64,000 bases of DNA from Terriglobia bacterium (GTDB lineage: Bacteria; Acidobacteriota; Terriglobia; Terriglobales; Acidobacteriaceae). Positions 39,103-47,782 of the stretch are shown here, piece after piece; position 1 is the stretch's first letter; every line of letters starts with the position of its first letter. The translations under genes were made by a program, and so were the position numbers. The stretch lies in assembly GCA_041495845.1 (NCBI GenBank), contig JBGQDM010000005.1:472-64471 (forward strand), read 5' to 3'. The notes under the pieces were generated by a model. The model had not been told where the DNA came from and ran no database searches. It was given only the letters and a program-made list of their open reading frames with translations.

Positions 39103-41030
39103 CTTACCTCAAGGGTGCCAACGGTTTCGCTTTCCGGATACAGGTTCCGGATTTCGGCAACGAATTCGGGATCGAGCGAGGGAGAAAACCCTGGCGTTCC
39201 CAGCTGCTTTTTGTCGGTTTGTTCGGGGGTTTTGATCACCACAAGCTTGATCTGATGCACGGCAAGAAATTCGTGGATCCTGGACCTGGGATCGCCTGGC
39301 TCTTCCAGAAAGTCGAACAAAGCGCGCGACGGACTCTTCGATCCGGAGAGGAAGTAGAGTTCGGGCGCATCGGGTGCGGCAAAGATGTATTCACCCTGGC
39401 GATGCTGCTGAATCAGCGAAATCACCCTTTCGTACATTTGACCTTGCGCGGGCTTGACCCGGATTCCGGCGGCACGTGGCAGATGCAATTCGTAGGTCTG
39501 CTGTTCGCCGGTGTTCATCACGCCCATCGCGTTCACGTAGGACGGGGTGACTCGCAACACAAAGAACGCAAGGTAGGTGAGGGCCACGGCGATGCTCAGA
39601 AAGCGGGAGTAGTCAGCATTGGCGGCGATCAGGGCGAACCAGGCGAGTAGGAGGAGCGGGAGAACGTAAACCAGGTAGATCGGCGCGGCGTAGGGATATT
39701 GGATGAGGTTGCACAAAACGGTGGTGGCAACCAGCGCGAAGGCCTGCGCGCTGATTCGGCGGGAGAACGCTGCGACCACGGCGGTTGCCGGGACCAACAA
39801 CACCAGCGCATCCCACAGGAAATGGTAAGTGCCCTTCTGAAACCCGGCGACGACCACGGACGTTGCCAGCAAAACGGCGATAAGAATTTTCGCGTTGCGG
39901 CGGAGCGGCTGGCGCAGATCGCAGGCGGCGACCAGTGTGTAGGTCAGCACTCCGGTGGCGAGCAGCCTCACCCACTTCAAATTGCTTGGTTCGAGCGAAG
40001 CATAGGTCAATCGCTTCGCAGAGAACACAAAGACGCCCTGGAACCAGCTGAGCAGCGAGCCGGTGGCAGCGTAAGGAACCAGGAACAGGACCACGGGTGC
40101 GGCAAAGCCGCCGAGGAGAGCGAGCGCATCGCCAAAGAGACGACGGAAGCGCCGGCTCGGGGCAGTGTAAGTGGCAGCGAATTCCCGCCAGACCAGTAAT
40201 GACACCAAGGCCACACCGGGGATCACGAAGTGGATCCAGTAGCGGGGGGCATGGTTCCAGTGGATGAGTCGCACGAGAAGAAAGACGAAAACAGCGGACG
40301 CGGTGATTGCCACCAAGTTGAAAACGTTCGGGGCAGACCGCTGGTCGGAGCGGCGGTCGAGTTCCTGTTCGCGATAGAGCAGAAACAGCAGTGCGGCGGC
40401 GAGAAAGTAGAGCCCGGCGATCTTGGCGAGGAAAGAGAGCCCGCTGCACCCGCCGGCCACCACCAGCCAGCGACGACTGCCCGACTCCGTGATGCGAGAT
40501 TCGGTGCAGCGAGACTCGGTGAAGCGAAAAAGAGCGAGTACGCCGAATGTAGCAAAGAAGAGGTTGTACCAGGACGGGACCGCCTCGGAGTAATTGGGCA
40601 AACTCATCGCGATGGCGAGCAGCGTGGCCAACGCCGCGGCGCGCTCCGAAGCGAAGCGGCGGGCGAGGTTGAAGACGGCTGGGATCCAGGCAAGAAACAA
40701 CAGGAACACCGGGTAGCGAATCGCGACCAGATTTACGCCGAACACTCGCATGGTGGCGGCGTTCAGCAGGGTCAGGCCACCGCTGTAGAGATCAATGAAA
40801 TCGCGGTGCGGCAGTTCTCCGCGCAGCACGCGCTCGGCGGCCAGCGCGTAGGCGCCAGCATCATGCGGAATCCAACCTCGCTTCAGATAAACGCCACCGT
40901 AGAGTGCTCCCACCGCCAGCAAGGCGCAAACAATCAGCCAGCTCTGCGTCGAATACGGGCGCGGTAGGGACTTCGTGATCTCGGTGCCGGAGCCGATCAC
41001 GCCGGTGTTTGCGGAAGCGGAAGTCGCCAT
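39090..41030 (-). CDS. GT-C fold membrane glycosyltransferase (ArnT/PMT-like)
   Basis: 646 aa with more than 10 predicted TM helices. The first periplasmic loop (HDAGAYALAAERVLRGELPHRDFIDLYSGG) resembles the ArnT/PMT_2 family. Confidence 0.7.
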   Translation of the reverse strand: MATSASANTGVIGSGTEITKSLPRPYSTQSWLIVCALLAVGALYGGVYLKRGWIPHDAGAYALAAERVLRGELPHRDFIDLYSGGLTLLNAATMRVFGVNLVAIRYPVFLLFLAWIPAVFNLARRFASERAAALATLLAIAMSLPNYSEAVPSWYNLFFATFGVLALFRFTESRCTESRITESGSRRWLVVAGGCSGLSFLAKIAGLYFLAAALLFLLYREQELDRRSDQRSAPNVFNLVAITASAVFVFLLVRLIHWNHAPRYWIHFVIPGVALVSLLVWREFAATYTAPSRRFRRLFGDALALLGGFAAPVVLFLVPYAATGSLLSWFQGVFVFSAKRLTYASLEPSNLKWVRLLATGVLTYTLVAACDLRQPLRRNAKILIAVLLATSVVVAGFQKGTYHFLWDALVLLVPATAVVAAFSRRISAQAFALVATTVLCNLIQYPYAAPIYLVYVLPLLLLAWFALIAANADYSRFLSIAVALTYLAFFVLRVTPSYVNAMGVMNTGEQQTYELHLPRAAGIRVKPAQGQMYERVISLIQQHRQGEYIFAAPDAPELYFLSGSKSPSRALFDFLEEPGDPRSRIHEFLAVHQIKLVVIKTPEQTDKKQLGTPGFSPSLDPEFVAEIRNLYPESETVGTLEVRWKP

Positions 41031-41590
41031 GGATTGTCCGCAAAGCTAGCCGGAGGGATGGAAGTTGTCAACGGAGCGCTCGAGCAGCGGAAGCGCGGTG
41101 GTGGCCTTTCTGTCCCCGCCTCGCGCATTGGCTGAATTCGGTGGTGCGAACATTCTGCCTCCCACCCTTGCAAAAAACGCAAGGATGGGGCACCCCCAGG
41201 GTTGCTGGTGCACGCGAAATTCAAGATCAAGGGTGGGCCACCCGCCAAGGCGCAGACAATCAGCCAGCTCTGCGTCGAATACGGGCGCGGTAGGGACCGG
41301 GTGATCTCGGTGCCGTAGCCGATCGCGCCAGTGGTTGCGGAAGCGGAAGTCGCCATGGATTGTCCGCAAAGCTAGCGGTAGGGCGGGAAGTTGTCAACGG
41401 AGCAGGCTGGCAGCGGCGGGCTTCCCGCCGGCGCCTCGCGCCTTCGCTGCATTCGCGGTGCGAAGATTCTGCCTCCCGCCCTTTGCAAAGTGCGCAAAGA
41501 ACGAGGCACCCACGGGTTTGGTGGTGCAAACGAAATTCAAAATCTAAGGGCGGTCCACCCCGCCAAGAGTCAAGGGCGGTCCACCCGCCC
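40921..41590. repeat. Tandem, diverged ~326-bp duplication of the 5' end plus upstream region of the GT-C gene
   Basis: Unit A is 40921-41246 and unit B is 41247-41572, followed by a partial extra gggcggtccacccgcc. The first ~120 bp match best, and both units keep an ATG plus about 37 codons (MATSASA.TG.IG.GTEIT.SLPRPYSTQSWLIVCAL). Confidence 0.8.
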
Positions 41591-41608
41591 GTCTCGTTGA
41601 GTCCGGCT

Positions 41609-42085
41609 TCAGCGCAGCGCGGCACAGAGAGCGGTAATGTCGCCGGTGTTGAACTGATGCTTACCCTTCACCAGCGTTATTTCGCCGTTATACATGAGCA
41701 TGTACCCCGCATCGATGTTGACCACGCCTTTCCCGGGAACATTGAAGTGGAACATCAGGCCGGCATGTTTCCATAGGCCGGGCGTGTCTTGAACATTTTC
41801 AAAAAAGTTGTAGCCCTCGGTCCGACCGGTAAGGCTCTTGCCATTCGACAAGTTTGTGACCGTATCCAGAAACTCGCCGTGAATGTGGTACCGGTTTAGG
41901 GAGCCATCGGGATTCAGGTAGGACGTGATGGTGACGTTGCCGGTCCAGTTATCTGAGAAATCAAAATCGCCACAACTCATTGTGTAGACGCCACTCCAGA
42001 ATTGGGTTTCCTTATCGGGCGGGGACGCTAGCGCGACTATCTGCAGGGCGAGGATGATCACAGCAGCCACGAGTACGCGTTTCAT
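41609..42085 (-). CDS. Secreted hypothetical protein
   Basis: Clear signal peptide MKRVLVAAVIILALQIVALA. No recognisable domain. Lower GC than the surroundings. Confidence 0.5.
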   Translation of the reverse strand: MKRVLVAAVIILALQIVALASPPDKETQFWSGVYTMSCGDFDFSDNWTGNVTITSYLNPDGSLNRYHIHGEFLDTVTNLSNGKSLTGRTEGYNFFENVQDTPGLWKHAGLMFHFNVPGKGVVNIDAGYMLMYNGEITLVKGKHQFNTGDITALCAALR

Positions 42086-42172
42086 AAAGCCTCTCTTTTT
42101 GAACCAGGTGTCTCGCCTCGGGGGGTGTGCGTCTCAACAGGCGGGAACTGCTCTTCGGAGAGGCGAGACGTG

Positions 42173-42496
42173 TTAATTCGATACGAAGGAGCGCGTCCTG
42201 TCAGTGAAATGGGTCACCTCTTGATGTGCGGTGACCGCCAAGAGCCACAGCGCAAAGCCTGGCCAGACCTTAACTGATGCAAAATCGCGATTGCACTCAT
42301 TGACCCGGTTGTGAGTGTAGTCGCCTTTTTTCACCAGCAATCCGGTGCGCTGCTCCATGGCCTCGCAGAGAAGTGCTATCAGGCTTAAGATGCTGTCCAT
42401 GGCCAAGAAAACAGGAATGAGCAATTCGTCACTCTGGATCATCACGATTCTATTGTTGGCGCTTGCCGCATGGACGTACTTTAGGTAGACCAGCAC
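42173..42496 (-). CDS. Hypothetical protein (weak call)
   Basis: Only an ORF in a lower-GC segment, with no motif. Confidence 0.2.
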   Translation of the reverse strand: MLVYLKYVHAASANNRIVMIQSDELLIPVFLAMDSILSLIALLCEAMEQRTGLLVKKGDYTHNRVNECNRDFASVKVWPGFALWLLAVTAHQEVTHFTDRTRSFVSN

Positions 42497-42603
42497 TCGC
42501 TCCCCTTGATCCGCCCGCGGGTTCTCCGCATTCCACGCACGCCCGCGCTGTTAGCTAAGTGGTAACGATGTAGCAGTTTGCACTTCTGTATGGCTATCCC
42601 CCC

Positions 42604-42617
42604 TCAGCTTCATTGAC
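42604..42617. repeat. Left target-site duplication of the casposon (tcagcttcattgac)
   Basis: Identical 14-mer at 55224-55237, each abutting the outer end of a TIR. Confidence 0.85.
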
Positions 42618-42760
42618 GGGTTGTTGTATGGCGACGGCAAAAGTGCTACACGTTACCAGTTGGTAATCGTTGGTGGGAGCCGGGGTGCGCGCGCGGGCGG
42701 AGTGAGAGCGCGCTGGCGAGTGGGGCGGGGCTCGGGCGGGTGAGAGCGGGCGCTGCGTGG
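42618..42760. repeat. Left terminal inverted repeat
   Basis: The reverse complement equals 55081-55223 at 140/143 positions (hand alignment). All mismatches are at the inner end. Confidence 0.9.
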
Positions 42761-42772
42761 TTTAATGCTGAG

Positions 42773-45700
42773 CTATGCGCCGGGCATCATTAGCGCAGGG
42801 TCCGTAACCTCGATTGTGTCCGCGCCAGCGCCTTTAGCAGAAAACACCGGAGTAAACGTGACCTCTTCTCCAACCTGCAACATCAGTTTGCCCAACCTAG
42901 ACGCCGGGCAGAAAAAACGAGGGTAATCCTTGTTCTCGATGAAGCAATATCCCGGCCTTACCGCTGCCACTCTCCCTTTGAGTCGGAGCGGCTTCACCCT
43001 ATCGGAACCTCTAGGACGAAAATACACCTTATTTGACTCGACATTAGAAAAGTTGCGTCTAGCACACTCCGCGAACACTTCCTGCGCATCACTGAACTGG
43101 CTGTTCATAAAAAGCATCCCGCCGAGCACTGCAATGTAACGTGGATCACGAAAACCGTAAAGGCTTCCGATCCGAATGGTGCTGATTGCCGTACTGTACG
43201 ATTCGCCCGTTCCTAGTAACGCAAGCGCATAAACAATGCAAGCACGGTACTCATCGGGTTCGGAAATCACTGCAGGCTTGATGACTTCTATTGTCTTTTG
43301 GGGCTCGTTCCTCTGCAAGTAGACGCGCCCCAGAACGTAGCGCGCTATGTTTCCCTCTTTGTCAGCCCGAACCGCCCGCTCTAATTCATAAATGCGCTCC
43401 GGATCGTTTCCCAAAAACTCTTGCACTTGTGCAGAAACAAGAAGTAAAGACTCGCGACTGTTGATTGACCGCAACCCTTCACTAATAATCTGTTCACATT
43501 TCGACAGGTACTCTGCCGAATCACCCTTCTCGCGCTTTGCCCAGTCCAAATACAGCGTCGCCAGGCCCGAATAGGCAAACTCGTCCTTGCTGGACATCGA
43601 CAAGCACTGCCGGAAGGACCTTTCCGCTTGAAGCAGTCTCTTTCGGCCTATTTCAACGCTAGCCGTTGTACGTGCAAGCTGCGCCAGGATCAATCCTTTT
43701 GTGTGGTGAAGAACCCGAACATCCTTACTGATTTCAATGGCGCTGTCGATCTGGCCAAGCGCCAATTCCGGCCTTCCTTCGTGCAGCAACATGCGGGCGT
43801 AATGCTGCTTGACATAGGGGCTTTGCGGGTCCTTCTTGCAGGCAGCTTCGAAAAATCTGGTTTTGCCGTCAAAACTGCTCAGGCTTGCGACGACGTTGTC
43901 AGATCGCACAAATTGTTCAAATGCGCTTTGATCTGCTCCATAGTTGAGGTTTAGCGCTTCGATTGATCGTTGAAGAAGGTTCTCTTTTTCAGCTGAATCG
44001 CCGCAACGCTCCCAAACGATTGCCGCAATAGCCCTGTGCCGCGCTCTCCCGCCGTACCGCCCGAGTGTCGAATCAATCAGATCATAGATAACAACCCCTT
44101 CGGTCTGGTTCTTTGTCTCTTCATACATTGTTGCTAGATCGCTACCCAGCAAGCTGGCCAATAAAACGTCGCGGACATACGCGCCGTGTGTGTAAAACCC
44201 GCACACGGCCAAATATAAGCGTCTGGACAGGTCGTTACCGATACCCTTAAATTCATCGATCAGAATTGCATCGAAATTATTGTCTTCCGTTGCTTCGCGA
44301 AGTGTGACCAGCAATTCTTTGCCGTGTTTGCTCTCTATTACTGCAAACTGCATGTCAGGAGTCAGGTTCGCCAGCTTGTTAAGTTCTCCGTTTTGCTTCA
44401 ACGTCTCCAACAGCCGCATTATCTCGGCATCGCTCAGGCTCTCAAGCTCGTACTCCTTAGGGAAATAACGGCCACGTGACTGCCTCCATTCGTTCTTCCT
44501 TTCTCCCATCACTAAGAACGCAGGGCTTTTCAGTCTTCTTAATCGGTCAAAAACCCTGTGGAGGTCGCGCGAATGGTCAGCCGCGTTGTCAACAAAGAAA
44601 AACTTTTTATCTTGCCCAAAAAGAGAAGCTGCGAACTCCAAGTCTCCGTCAATCACCGACGCTCCGGCCTTGTGGTAAAAAATGTGGCCCGCACGATCTG
44701 AAACCAATTGAGTCGCCAGCATGGTCAGCAGTGTTGTTGTTCCATAACCTGCCGGTCCGATAATGATGGCTGAGCCGCTAGAACTGCTGGTGCTTGTATA
44801 AAAATCTAAAAGCTGGTCATAGACTTCTTCCTGAATGTCGCGCTCAAATGGGATTTTCTTAGCAGCCAGCGTCCAGTTTGGCCGATCTCCCCTGAAAAAG
44901 GGTTTCGTGTTGGGCTGTTCACTGAAGTCCGCAGCGTTCACGTATCTCCAGTGAGCGAGCAGCCTCAGGACGGCAGTAGGATTGCGCTCGTATTCATCAG
45001 CGAGAGGGGCCGGAATCTTGTGCTTTGTTTTTCCGAGTAAGTCTATAGTATAAGCTGACTTATCCAGCACAACGGACGCAGTACCGACGAAATCCGCGAA
45101 GCTAGCATCTATCGTTTCCACGCCCTTGCGAGTCAGGATTTCGGCATTTAGAGCTTGTGTACGACGGGCGACCCTGTACGAGGGAAGGAGTGGTGATGGG
45201 TAAAATTCCTGGCGCATTTCCTCCAAGACTAGCTTCCAGTTGGGGTCACGGTTCGAGTAGCCAACGTACAAGATTGTTGAGGTTGCAAACTCCTTCTTTA
45301 GCAGTTCGAACAGCATTCGGCGTGGGTCCCGAAAGGTCACGTAGTCACTCTGGGTGACTACGATGAATGGTTTGCCGATTCCTGAGAAGCGCCCATGCAG
45401 GTGGTAAACGGGAACATCGAAGCGGGGGTCGATTGGGAATAGTTCAGGGGTGATTCCGAAGGGAACGGGCTTCAACGGAGGACTTGGGTTCAAGTTGTAA
45501 GCAGTTTCAATAACGTTATCGTAGTTTGTTGTGAAAATCGCCTTCCATCGAATTCTCGTTAGCCATTGAAAAAGTTCGTCGGGCTGGAGGTCGCCAACCT
45601 GCGATTTGATAAAGATCTCAAGCTCAGATCTACCTATCCGGAGTTCAACAATTTCAGCCACTTCCGCCAGATCATATTCGCCGCCGGTGTCAATATTGAA

Positions 45701-45883
45701 CTGTGCAGCCATGCGACGGGCCAATTCCTGCCCATCAGGTGCAGGTTTGCCTTCCTTGTCCAGAATGTGCTCCCCGAGACCTGCGCCCACGAACAATACA
45801 CAGTTCCCGGACTCCAGGGCGGTTCTCAATCCGAGCGGAACGATAACGCTTTCGCTGGCAGAGACGGAGGGTGGTGTTGCCAT
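42773..45883 (-). CDS. SIR2-like domain / STAND-type NTPase / TPR / C-terminal cold-shock-like domain protein (Avs5-like putative anti-phage defence)
   Basis: N-terminal SIR2_2 pattern (CVLFVGAGLG, IFTTNYDNVIE, VYHLHGRF). P-loop-like IIIGPAGYGTTTLL. Long helical/TPR-like C-terminal half. The last ~70 aa (KGRVAAVRPGYCFIENKDYPRFFCPAS...GEEVTF) are CSD-like. Confidence 0.78.
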   Translation of the reverse strand: MATPPSVSASESVIVPLGLRTALESGNCVLFVGAGLGEHILDKEGKPAPDGQELARRMAAQFNIDTGGEYDLAEVAEIVELRIGRSELEIFIKSQVGDLQPDELFQWLTRIRWKAIFTTNYDNVIETAYNLNPSPPLKPVPFGITPELFPIDPRFDVPVYHLHGRFSGIGKPFIVVTQSDYVTFRDPRRMLFELLKKEFATSTILYVGYSNRDPNWKLVLEEMRQEFYPSPLLPSYRVARRTQALNAEILTRKGVETIDASFADFVGTASVVLDKSAYTIDLLGKTKHKIPAPLADEYERNPTAVLRLLAHWRYVNAADFSEQPNTKPFFRGDRPNWTLAAKKIPFERDIQEEVYDQLLDFYTSTSSSSGSAIIIGPAGYGTTTLLTMLATQLVSDRAGHIFYHKAGASVIDGDLEFAASLFGQDKKFFFVDNAADHSRDLHRVFDRLRRLKSPAFLVMGERKNEWRQSRGRYFPKEYELESLSDAEIMRLLETLKQNGELNKLANLTPDMQFAVIESKHGKELLVTLREATEDNNFDAILIDEFKGIGNDLSRRLYLAVCGFYTHGAYVRDVLLASLLGSDLATMYEETKNQTEGVVIYDLIDSTLGRYGGRARHRAIAAIVWERCGDSAEKENLLQRSIEALNLNYGADQSAFEQFVRSDNVVASLSSFDGKTRFFEAACKKDPQSPYVKQHYARMLLHEGRPELALGQIDSAIEISKDVRVLHHTKGLILAQLARTTASVEIGRKRLLQAERSFRQCLSMSSKDEFAYSGLATLYLDWAKREKGDSAEYLSKCEQIISEGLRSINSRESLLLVSAQVQEFLGNDPERIYELERAVRADKEGNIARYVLGRVYLQRNEPQKTIEVIKPAVISEPDEYRACIVYALALLGTGESYSTAISTIRIGSLYGFRDPRYIAVLGGMLFMNSQFSDAQEVFAECARRNFSNVESNKVYFRPRGSDRVKPLRLKGRVAAVRPGYCFIENKDYPRFFCPASRLGKLMLQVGEEVTFTPVFSAKGAGADTIEVTDPALMMPGA

Positions 45884-45943
45884 CTATTCGCCTCAAACGG
45901 AGGATGATAGCAGAATACGCCTGGCGCGTGAGGAAGGGTCAAG

Positions 45944-47470
45944 TTAGGCTTCTTGGGGCCACAGGCTAACGAGCTGTGCCAGTGCGTGCCAGTGCCTGGG
46001 ATGCGGACGCCGCCTGCCTGCGCGGATGTCGGTCGCATAGGGGAGCGAGATGCCCAGCGTTGATGCAATTGCGGACACGGGGAAGTCTCGGAGGGCGGGC
46101 TGAATCTTTTCCTGGTATCCGCTCTCGGTCAGCCAATTTGGATGTTCTGAGGGCTGCCAGGCCTTCAGTGCGGCGGCATGACGGAGGCGGCTGGCTGAGC
46201 GTAGGGCTTCTGCCTCCGGAGTATGCGTGGCTACTCGCCCGAGCCGCGCAATCTCGATCATTCTCTTGCTGGCCTCAGCCCCGGCACACGAAGCGCAATG
46301 GATCTTTCCTTCCTTGAGTGCGACGCCGCAAGTGCGACAAATCTTCTCGGGTGCTGGAGCTGGTTTCGTGACAGGCGCGTACGCTTCGCCTCTTGCTTCG
46401 CTTCGGTGGCGCTGCGTCAAGCGCGTAGCGGGAACGCTCTTGCGCGCGGCTTTGGAAGTGGAACTCCAGAGCGCGCGAGCAACCCACTCAGCTAGTGGTG
46501 CAACGGCACGACCCCAAGTAGGCGCAGTTTCGGATAGTCGGGTGGCGAATGACCCGATGAGGCGGCAGTTGCCATCTCGCCGCTCGAAGAACCATTCCCG
46601 CTTGAGCGGTTGGCGGGTGATCCAGTCCAGCAGGAATGCGTCTACCTGAGGTCGGACCGGCTCCATGAGATCGCAAGCGAGGCTGTCGCGGTTCGGGGTG
46701 TCAACATGCAACATTCCAAGACCGGGATCGAGTCCAAGAGCCGCCGCCGCAAGGCGAGCTTCGGATTCCAACAGCCCGTAGAGGAAGTTCAACATGGCCC
46801 CGGACGGGTTCGCTGCCAGTCGCGGCGATCCCGAGAGGGGAGACTGACGGGTTCCGAAGGTTCGCCAGTGGCCAGGTACACGCGGCATGTCGTTCTTCGG
46901 AAAACTAATTGGGAGATCGCGCCACGCGGACCAGTAGACGGCACCGGCCTGGGCTTCGACCAAGCGAACTGCCGGAATGGTTTCCGCATTCGCCAGTTGA
47001 CTGCGAAGATTGGAGATCTCATCGGCGCTTTCAGAATCGAGCAGCTTTTCGCGGACGACTTTTTCCTGCCCAAGAAGTTTTTGGGAGATCAACTCCCGCG
47101 CGATGCGTTGGGCATCGCCGGAGTGAATCGCCAACGCTTGCGCGCGTCGCAGGCGGGCATCGGAAGGGCGAACGGGCCCCGTGGTGGCCAGCACCGAGCC
47201 GTCGCGTTCCAGCATTACGAAAGCTGCGTCCTGGTCGGCAAGCCAGCGCAGCGCTTCAAGTGTGATGAAGCCGTCGCTCCCAATCATGACCAGCCTCTTT
47301 AGGCCGTGATTCACGCGGGGCAAGCGAATTGTCCGGCGCTCGTCCGCGATTCCATCGTGCAAAAGTAAATGCCCGGCATGAACCTGGACGCGGATGCCGT
47401 AGCCATTCAAGACCAGCACGCCAGATTTGCGGATGGCGGAGGACTGAGGTAGGTTTTGCGAAGCCGTCAT
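45944..47470 (-). CDS. cas1: Stand-alone Cas1-family integrase (casposase) with C-terminal zinc ribbon and HTH
   Basis: Cas1 signature: VEAQAGAVYWSAW (Glu), NPSGAMLNFLYGLLESEARLAAAALGLDPGLGMLHVD (His), SLACDLMEPVRPQVD (Asp/Glu). C-terminal CRTC...CASC and an HTH-like LGISLPYATDIRAG. The start at 47470 has a GGAGAG RBS. Confidence 0.85.
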   Translation of the reverse strand: MTASQNLPQSSAIRKSGVLVLNGYGIRVQVHAGHLLLHDGIADERRTIRLPRVNHGLKRLVMIGSDGFITLEALRWLADQDAAFVMLERDGSVLATTGPVRPSDARLRRAQALAIHSGDAQRIARELISQKLLGQEKVVREKLLDSESADEISNLRSQLANAETIPAVRLVEAQAGAVYWSAWRDLPISFPKNDMPRVPGHWRTFGTRQSPLSGSPRLAANPSGAMLNFLYGLLESEARLAAAALGLDPGLGMLHVDTPNRDSLACDLMEPVRPQVDAFLLDWITRQPLKREWFFERRDGNCRLIGSFATRLSETAPTWGRAVAPLAEWVARALWSSTSKAARKSVPATRLTQRHRSEARGEAYAPVTKPAPAPEKICRTCGVALKEGKIHCASCAGAEASKRMIEIARLGRVATHTPEAEALRSASRLRHAAALKAWQPSEHPNWLTESGYQEKIQPALRDFPVSAIASTLGISLPYATDIRAGRRRPHPRHWHALAQLVSLWPQEA

Positions 47471-47555
47471 GGAGGTTTCTCTCCTTCGGCGGTCAGGGCT
47501 GTTCGTCTGCTCCAACAGGCGGGCAGCCCGTATAAACTGTTGATAAGTATACTAC

Positions 47556-47567
47556 TTAGGTACCTAA
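47556..47567. promoter_or_regulatory. Perfect 12-bp palindrome ttaggtacctaa in the divergent cas1 / HTH-polB control region
   Basis: Self-complementary 12-mer inside the 312-bp divergent intergenic region 47471-47782. Confidence 0.3.
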
Positions 47568-47782
47568 AGTACACCCATTAACACATGCCTTTCCGGAACT
47601 TGCGTCCAATCACGTCGAGGTTTATCCTTGTGTTCTGCGGTACAGGTCCTTGGCCATTAAAGAGAACCTTTGGGGTAAGAACTACCGCCTCTAGGTCTTG
47701 GACTAAAGAATTGGGCATCACTGGATAGGACAGAGCCCAGCCATCGGACACCGCCCGTGGCACTTCACGTTGAGGTGCTGCG

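Noticed and set aside
40997-41356. 119-aa ORF starting MATSASATTG...
   Set aside because: It is the duplicated 5' fragment of the GT-C gene reading through non-coding upstream sequence. It is reported as part of the tandem duplication, not as a gene.
42541-42617. Possible tRNA gene as the casposon target (gtta-gctaagtgg-taac resembles a D-arm)
   Set aside because: No anticodon arm, T-arm (GTTCRANNC) or acceptor pairing could be folded around it. The similarity is better explained as a TIR-like remnant.
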